From Candidatus Omnitrophota bacterium (lineage in GTDB: Bacteria > Omnitrophota > Gorgyraeia > JABMRG01): DNA of 64,000 nucleotides. The stretch spans positions 145,965 to 209,964 of the forward strand of contig JAUVHV010000001.1 in the NCBI GenBank assembly GCA_030593065.1. The letters are read 5' to 3'. The notes beneath the pieces were generated by a model, which was not told the origin of the DNA, made no database searches, and saw only the letters and a program-made list of their open reading frames with translations. Position numbers and translations under genes: made by a program. Numbering within the stretch: position 1 is the first letter of the stretch; every line of letters begins with the position of its first letter. This document shows, piece after piece, positions 47,109-55,900 of the stretch.

Positions 47109-47696
47109 ATGAAAAAGGCCGTTATAAAAAACAAGAAGCAATTGTTAAGCATATCCGCAATAGTGTTTGTTGTTTTAATACTTTTTGTATTTGCCTATAT
47201 ACCACAACATCAAAAAGTGAGTAGCCTGAAGAAACAGGTGCAGGATATAGATGAGCAGATAAACCTTACCAAGTCTATACTTGGTGATATGAAGAGATTG
47301 GGGCCTTTTTTAGGCCAGATGCAACAGGAGATGAAGCGTTTTGAGGATAGGCTTCCTACTACGAAAGAGATAGCGTCAGTAGTATCGGAATTATCAAACC
47401 GTTTTAAAAAAGCCTCTTCACTTGAGGTTTTAAGCATAAGGCTGCAGAAACCTTTGCCTGTTTTAGATAACGATTACAAGCCTGTCTATATGGATGGAAA
47501 GCCACTTAATAAAATAGAGATAGAGCTTAAGTTTCGGGCTACTTATGAGGACTTAGCAGAGTATATCAGAAAGGTGCAGGATAGCCCAAAGACACTTGCA
47601 AGCATAGACAGTATAAAGATAAGTAAAGACGACAGCATAACTCCAAGCTTAGGTATTGTGGCTTTATTTACTATCTATGTAATCGATAGGGGTTGA
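47109..47696 (+). CDS. PilO-like pilus assembly protein
   Basis: N-terminal TM, coiled coil, then ferredoxin-like domain. Position after pilMN. Confidence 0.4.
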   Translation: MKKAVIKNKKQLLSISAIVFVVLILFVFAYIPQHQKVSSLKKQVQDIDEQINLTKSILGDMKRLGPFLGQMQQEMKRFEDRLPTTKEIASVVSELSNRFKKASSLEVLSIRLQKPLPVLDNDYKPVYMDGKPLNKIEIELKFRATYEDLAEYIRKVQDSPKTLASIDSIKISKDDSITPSLGIVALFTIYVIDRG

Positions 47697-47703
47697 CCTT
47701 AAT

Positions 47704-48207
47704 ATGAATTTTATCGATTTTAAAAATCTTAATACAAAATCAAAAATAGAGATTATAGCCACCTCTTTTATGATAATCGTTTTTATACTGATACTCGCAA
47801 ATAGTTTAAAGACTGTATTTAAGTCAAAGAAGTTGACCAGCGAAAATTTTTATATGTCAACGGATGCGTTTAAGGAGATAATAAAAAGAGATGTTATAAG
47901 CCCAAAAGATACAGGGGTAGTCGGTAACCGGGATATATATAAGGATATAAAAAAGGAAGAAGATCTTAAGCCCTGGGGCAGAGACCCTTTTTCTGAGAAA
48001 ACCGCTTTAAGCGTCGGGAGTATGCCTATATCAAATCTTAAGGTCGAAGGCATCTTTTTCCAGCACGATCAAACTCCACAGGCAATCATAAATGGAGAGG
48101 TCTTAGAAGAAGGTGATAAAATAGGGGATATTACTATAATAGAAATAAATAAAGATACAGTCATAGTAACTGATGGAGAGAAGAATTATAACTTGCATCT
48201 ATGGTGA
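47704..48207 (+). CDS. Hypothetical membrane-anchored protein (PilP-like position)
   Basis: Single TM. Last gene of the pilMNO-like run. Confidence 0.25.
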   Translation: MNFIDFKNLNTKSKIEIIATSFMIIVFILILANSLKTVFKSKKLTSENFYMSTDAFKEIIKRDVISPKDTGVVGNRDIYKDIKKEEDLKPWGRDPFSEKTALSVGSMPISNLKVEGIFFQHDQTPQAIINGEVLEEGDKIGDITIIEINKDTVIVTDGEKNYNLHLW

Positions 48208-48273
48208 GACTAAGATATATCAGATGATTGTATAATAAAATGACCCGGATTATCACCCCTTTTATTTATATGG

Positions 48274-48349
48274 GGCCCCATCGTCTAGTGGCCTAGGACG
48301 CCAGATTCTCATTCTGGTAACACGGGTTCGACTCCCGTTGGGGTCACCA
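48274..48349 (+). tRNA. tRNA-Glu (anticodon CUC)
   Basis: Acceptor GGCCCCA/TGGGGTC, TCGTCTAGTGGCCTAGGAC D-arm typical of tRNA-Glu, anticodon stem CCAGA/TCTGG with loop ttCTCat, GGTTCGACTCC T-loop, CCA encoded. Confidence 0.8.
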
Positions 48350-48567
48350 GAGTCGTAAGTAGCTGTAATTCCTATAGTTATAAAACAAGAATCAAAATAT
48401 CCCGATATTACCGGATTAAAAACTTTTTCATAAATTGTTTTTTTAAACCTTGAAAATTTAACAATATGTGTTATAATTATGTTGTAAAAAGTTAATCAGT
48501 AAAACCCCTGGCAAAAATAAGTAGTGGTCTGTTTTTTAATCCTGAACTTGTAGAAGGATTTTTTGCC

Positions 48568-49835
48568 ATGAAAAAACTCGTCATACTTATAATCATTATT
48601 ATTTCCACGTTTAATAGTATCCCTCGATTACACTCGGAACGAGCAAGCCAGGGCGATGCCCTGAGGCCCATGGCTACACGTATATTTCCTGAATATAATC
48701 AAATAATAGAACATATCAAGAGAGACCATCGTTATTGGAAAAGAACCGGCGAATCTGCTTTAGGAGAGGTAAGCCAGTTTAAAGTAAGCGTTAGAGAACA
48801 CCCAGGCAATCCTATACTTATTCCTGATTATAAGAATGAGGTTTTTGTATTAAATCCAGGTGCGATAAGAATAGGGGATACATATTATTTAGCTGTACGG
48901 TCATCAACTCGTGATAAGCTATCAAGGATATTTATTGCAACCAGTAAGGACGGTTACAATTTTCAAAGAAAGCCCGGATTCTTTTATGCGATTCCTGGTA
49001 TAGATTCAAATGGTGGCATCGAAGACTCGAGACTTTTAATTGTAAAAGAGTTTCCTAACAGAGTATTTATGCATTTTACCTATTGCCATGATGGTATATT
49101 TGAAATTGCCGAAAGCTCTATTGCTATGCAGGACTTTATAAATATAAACCCTGCAGGGTGGAGCCCTATGAAAAGGCTCTTTCCCGGAAAGAGGGATAAA
49201 GATTTTGTGCTGATACCGCGAATGTTGAATAATAGATACTATGCCTACCACCGGCCTGAATTTGAAAGCGGACAATTAGTTGGACGAGGCATACATCTAG
49301 CTTATACAGATAACCTTATTGACGGCACATGGGAGGACTTGGGCATGGTAATGGCTCCCAGGAAAGATTACTGGATAGGAGCAGGGGTGGTACTAGAGGC
49401 AGAGAATGCCTGGATTTTGATTTATCATGAAGCGCAACAGCTTGCTGATACGGACAAACGCTATGTATGCAAAATTGCTCTAATAGATAAAGAAAATCCG
49501 GCAAATATTCTTTATGCTCCTGAAGAGCCGATACTTGAAAGCAATCCATCTGAGACAGAGATGCTTAAAAAGACAATAGGGCTTGAGTCTTGGGTCCCCA
49601 ATGTTAAATTTATAAATGGCGCTATAGTATTGGGGAAAGAGAGGCTGTGACTGAAGGAAGTGAAATTGTTCTTTATTATGGTCTTAATGATACGGTTGTA
49701 TCTGCTGCAATATTAAAAATTGAGAAAATGCCGGATATTTCAAATGGAAGAAAGGCAGTGCCTAATAAGCCCTTCTCGGGTATAAATTTCGGCCAAAATA
49801 AAACTGTTTTAATAAATATTGACTCTGCTGCCTAA
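48568..49835 (+). pseudogene. GH130-like (DUF377) glycosidase/phosphorylase, apparent frameshift near 49645
   Basis: ORF 48568-49650 has the GNPIL / beta-propeller signature. The overlapping ORF at 49647 continues with EIVLYYGLNDTV (C-terminal GH130 hallmark VLYYGAADT) in another frame. Confidence 0.4.
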
Positions 49836-49989
49836 CCACCCTTTTTAATTGATACCTGCCGATTCAAACTCTTGACTATTTATATTTCATCAGGTATACT
49901 TCTTTTATATTCCATAACTAACGCGTAACTTTATTGTAAGGTATTTTTTAAATACTTTAGAAAAGATTTGAATACCACATTTTAAAAAT

Positions 49990-52900
49990 ATGCTATATTT
50001 AAAATTAATACATAGTAAATTTATTTCAATTATACTATTACTTGCTATTAGTGTTACTACGTCTGCCTATGGCAGTACTAACCCCGCGCTTTTTACCAGA
50101 AAATCCCATGCGCAACGTTACTTAAAAAAATCTGGCAATAAATTGCCCCTCGATTTTACCGGTAAAGACTCATCGTCGGCTATAAACATTCCCCGGAGAT
50201 TAGGGGTTGTGGTGGAGCGTTATAATGGTGAAAGTGGTTATACAGTTATACATATTCAGGACTCCCATATCAACCCTACAGCTCAGTTTAATATAGCAAG
50301 CATAATAGAAGAGATTGCCACAAAATACAACACATCTCTTATGTGCTTAGAAGGTGCTTCTGCAGAACTTGATATATCCTTTTATGATAAGTTTCCTGAT
50401 GATGAAGCAAAGCGCAGAATAGCAGGTTTTTTTGTGGAAAGAAGCCTTTTTACGGGTGCTGAGTTCTATAAAATATTACACAAAGCCCAATATTTGAAAA
50501 CTATAGGCGTAGAAGATAAAAAGGCCTATTTAGAACACCTTTTTTACCATAGAAAAAATCGGCTAAGTAGAGAGGTTGTATTAGGATCTCTTAAGGAGCT
50601 TGAAAGAGGCCTAATCAGTTTAAAGAGTAGAGTATATTCCAAAAGTTTAAAAGACTTAAGCGGAAAAAGCTGTCTTTATCATTTGAAGCAGTTTAAGCTG
50701 CCTGAATATCTTAATATATTAGAGAAATATTCTAAAAAAGCAAAGATAGATATCTCTAGATATGAGAACCTTATTAAAATGCTTGCGCTTATGGAAAAAG
50801 AGAAAGAGCTAGATTTTCAAGCAGCGGCAACGGAAAGAGAAGCACTAGTTCTTTATCTTTCAGAATTACTGCCTGCCAAAAAGCTGAGAGAGCTTTCCGC
50901 AATGAGCCTTAATTTTAAACTCAACAAGAGATCGGACATTGAATTCTATACCTATCTTGAACAATTCCTCAATAGCCAGTTGTTGCAAGTTAAAGATGCA
51001 ATACGCGCTATGCGCTACAACCATCTTATTGCTTACATAGATTATCTTAAATTCTCAAAGTCTATCGATTATCTTATGGTTTATGATGAGGCAGAGCGCT
51101 TAGAAGAGGAGGTTTCAAAAGCACTTTGCACAAATTCAACACAACAGAGGCTTGTTGAATACACCAAAGCTGTAAGTATCCTGCTGGATTTTTACGAGTT
51201 GAAGCTTACCAGCGGCAGGTTAGATTACATGGATAGAAATCAGGATTATTTTGATATTCAAAACATAATACAGTTTTTGAAAGAGGCTTGCAATAAATAT
51301 GGTTTGCCTCTTGAAGATGCTCTCCTTGTATCTATAGACAAGATGTTTATTGAAAACACTAAAAATTTTTACGAGATAGCGCTGAAACGGGATATAGCCA
51401 TTACAGAAAATACACTAAAATCTATGAGATGTCAGCGTAAAGACAGGGCCATACTAATAACAGGGGGGTTCCATACCCGGGGCATAACTAATATCTTAAA
51501 AGAGAAGGGTATATCCTATGTTGTAATATGCCCTAACATCGGCTTAATGGATTCAGAAAGGCTTTATTTAGATAGATTAGCAGGCAGGCTGCAGGATGTT
51601 TCAGAGCTAACAGAGCTTTTTAGCCAGACACTAACAGCCCCTCTTGTTACAGGGGATGCTTCAGTAGCAGAAGTAAGCTTTATCGCGCAAGAAGCATTTA
51701 AAATGTGCTGGAATATTTCAAATAATGCGAAAAAACTCAACACCCCAGCTCATAAAGCTGAAGAGATGGTGCGTCAGATTAACAGCCGTAGCATAAAAAT
51801 ATACCCATATGACAAGAAAAACGACGCCTATATGTTAGATAAAGGGGGAGTGTTAAAAGCAATTTATGATTCTGACTATCCCGTAGTTGTTAGGTTTATG
51901 ATAGAGGGTATTTCTGATTATGTTATTTTAGGTTTTAGGGTGGAAGAAGACGGCATATCTGCTTTGTCTACACACTTTCCTGATGACCTGCAGGGTAAAA
52001 GGTTAAATTCGCAAGTTTTCGAAGCCTTAGGCAATGTGATAGAGAAAGGCGCAATACTTAGGGCAAAGATATCTAATTCTATGACCAGGAAGAGATTGTT
52101 TAGTGCTTTTGAAGTAGTAGCTGGTAGTATAAAAAAGAGAGGGGCGGGGGATAATATTGTCGTTGATGAAAATCTTATTGCGGATGCCTTTTCAAAAACA
52201 CTTATGGGTAATCTATTTGCAAGGGCCGGGTTTAGCAATTTCAAACTTATGCTTAAGAGAAATAATGGTAGCTATATGAGGGGCCTTGAGGCCTTGACCA
52301 ATATTTTACTTGCGAGCAGAGACGGAAAAAAGACAGGAGAATTTTGTCTTGAGGCTGTAAAATTATATAGCAGGCAACCCACCCTTCCTCAGCCCCAGGA
52401 TGGCGAAAAGGCCGAGCCTATAAAATCCTCATCCGCGGGCAAGGAGCAGGCCAAAGAAGATATCACCATGGAACGCTTATCAGAAAAGGAGAGAGAGGCT
52501 ATTGCTGACGTTTCAGATAAGGTCTTGGCAGTATATCCAAAATTTAAGATACATAAAAAGGAGCTTAACTACTTTATAATGCTGATAGGCCCAGGCGACT
52601 TCTCAAAGGCATTTGCTAATAATCTTGTGGCAGTTGTCAATGCCCTCAAGACAGTCTTTAGAAATTGGGATGAAGATAAACTCACTGCTCTCATCAAACA
52701 TGTTACCCAAGATGCCTTTACAAAGGCATTTGCTAATAATCCAGCGGCAGTTGCTCATGCTCTCAGGATAATCTTTGCTGACTGGGATAAATACACCATC
52801 TTTATAACTCACATTAATAAAGATGACTTCTCAAAAGCATTTGCTGATAATCCTATAGCAGTTGCTTATGTCCTCAGGACAATTTTTGCTAATTGGGATA

Positions 52901-55900
52901 AATACATTACCTTCATAGCCAATTTTAATAAAGACGTACTCTCAAAGGTGCTTATTGATAATCCACAGGCAGTTGCTTATGCTTTCAGAATAATCTTTGT
53001 TAATGAGGATGAAGATAAGCTTACTGCTCTCATCAAACATGTTACCCAAGCTGCCTTTACAAAGGCATTTGCTGATAATCCAAGGGCAGTTGCTCATGCT
53101 CTCACGATAATCTTTGCTGACTGGGATAAATACACCATCTTTATAACTCACATTAATAAAGATGACTTCTCAAAAGCATTTGCTGATAATCCACAGGCAT
53201 TTGCTGATATTCTCTTGGCAACCTTTGTTGACTGGGATAAATACATTACTTTCATAACTCATGTTACCCAATCCGCTTTCTCAAAGGCACTTGCTGATAA
53301 TCCTGTGGCGGTTACCAATAGTATCGCGAAAATATTTAATAACTGGGATGAATACAATAAGCTTTATAGCCAATACGGTAGGCAACTAAATATATTGCGC
53401 GATTATGCATCTGAGACGGATCAGCAGGATATAACAGATATCTTTATTATTATAAAGATGTTTGATATATTGAAACTCTTGAAAGACTTACCCAAAGAAG
53501 CAGATAGGAGACTCTTAAGAGAACTTCTTGATAAGAAGGGGTTAGAAGGCCTCTATCTTATCTTAAAGTTCTTCTATGAGTTCAATCCTCTCTTTGCTGA
53601 TAAGCACAAACCATCCTTTATAAGGAACTTCTTAGGTATTAACTTTATTAATCAGGAGTTCGGATTCCGTTACGGCCGTAATTACGCCTATATATCTGCA
53701 GGAGAGAACAGGGAACCTGTATATACAATTACCAAGGTCTTCGGTTCAATCCCTTCAGCCAAAGAAGAGTTTAATGGGCTTAAACTGCTTGAGGAATTTG
53801 GCAAACTTACAAAAATCACACTAAACGAAAAATCTACATCCATAACTTACTCTACAACAGAACCAGGCCTGTTTATCATGCCTACTGAGTTTATGGCTTA
53901 TGCCTCAAAACAAGAGAGAATGAAGATACTCATATCATTATTAAAAGAGTCGTTGCTTCAGATATACTCACTTGCACATAAAGGATACGCTCACACCAGC
54001 TTAACTTCTCTGAGTCATGGCATAAGGGACGATAACACGCCCAATGAGTGGATACCATATAGAGGAGGAGAGATAACCGATGTCCAAGAAGGCTTAAAAC
54101 ACCTTAATTTTCGTCCTGGTATAGGTTTAGTGGATGCGGAACATATATTTTATTCAAGGGAACTGGAACATTTAGACAGCAGCATTCTTAATAAAGATGT
54201 AGCAGGTTCAGTCTTTGAGCTTTTGTTAGGCCTTTGTTACGGAGCTATAGTACAAGGCTTCTCAACAGATGAGATAGTATCCTCGTTTACCTCAATAGAA
54301 TTAGATATAGATGCTTTACCAGGTGAACTTCAGCACAAACAACAGATTTTTAAAGGTTCTGAAAAGCATCTCAGAAGGATAATCAATGATATCATAACTG
54401 ACCATATACCGCATCAGAGAGACACCAACGCTCTTCTTCCATGGCTTGAAGAAAATCTACCCGGCCTTCTTACTGTAACAGCCAGCGAAAATAGGGTTAT
54501 CCTGCCGGAACTTATTAATGTGTTGGATTATGCCCTTACAAAATCCTCATCCGCGGGCAAGGAAAAGGTCAAAGAAGAGATTATCATAGAAGGCTTATTG
54601 GAAAAGGAGAGAGCCCAGAGGATTTCAGGGCTTTTAGGTGAATTAGCCTCTATAAATAGCATGCAGGAGGTACTGCCGCTTAAATGGATGGAGACAATAT
54701 CTTCCTTTGATATTATTGAGTTTTTTAAAAATATTAGGGGTATAGAATTAGAGGCAGAAAACCTGCTAATGGCAAAACTTTTATGGCATATTGTATGCCA
54801 CACACTCGGGATAGAAGGCAGGCCGCTCAAGCCATTTTATGAGTTGGTGATACTGGATATAAGTGAAGAGAGCATAGCAGGACATTCTGCTGAATTTTCT
54901 TACTATTTAAGGCTTATGATTGAAGAAAAAATGGAAAAAGAGATAAAAGTTGAGATTGAGAAAATGCTTAAAGAAAAAAAGGTGAAAAAAAGAGAAAGCT
55001 TGATAGAAGAGTGGGATAAGGCTGTCGATGGTTTATTAGAAGAATATATTAATAACATAACTCTGCTTTTGAAAGATATAGAGGTTGAATTTAAGAGACA
55101 GGATTTATTTAAAGGGATCGAAGGAGCAATGGAACATTTTAGAGAGCGCTTTAACTATGTTTCAATAAAGCATTCTTCCGCGGGCAGAGAAACAAGGGGT
55201 AAGAAAAATAAACCTGTTGCTGATTTTACGCTAAGAATAACAAAAGAGATGATTCAGGCGGTTATGGATGGCAGTGAGTTTAGAAGCGCAAAAAACGGGA
55301 AGGATTATGAAATTAAGGCTGCTGTGGAAGAAGACTGGCTTGTTATATGGGTAAAAGAGGGTGGACAGCCCGACGAACTTAATAGAGACGAACATTCTTA
55401 TATCGAACTCGACTTAAAATTCACGGAAAATAAAAATAAAACCGAGATCCTTATTGACAGGGAAAGCATTAAAGAACCGGACAGCGGTATATTGACCAAT
55501 ATCCTGGATTATATTATTCCTTATTTTAATGAAATTACTTATGTTTCAACCAACCAATGCCCGCAGATAATAGCCGGAGCTGAAAGGACAATCGAGAATA
55601 TATTGAGAAGATCCGGCAGGGGATTTAAAACTGTTCAAAATAATTTTGGCGGGGTTTTTTATATCAACAAGCCGAAACCATTTAATCCGCATCTTAAGAA
55701 AAGCGAAAAAGAGCACCTCTCCGCCATAAAGCTTTCTTCCGCGGGAGAAGGTGGGGTTGCCCACGATGTCCATAAAGACGGCTCTCTTTCAATGGATAGG
55801 AGACAATTTTTGAAACAGTTGGTGGGAATCCCGGCCTTCTTAACTGTGCTTGGAACCAATAAGAGAGAGGCCTCAGCGCAGGGAAATATATTTGAAGATC

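Noticed and set aside
52603-53151. Two near-identical 69-aa minus-strand ORFs
   Set aside because: By-product of the duplicated coding repeat block in the giant gene. Not independent genes, and not a CRISPR array (no spacer/repeat alternation of the CRISPR type).
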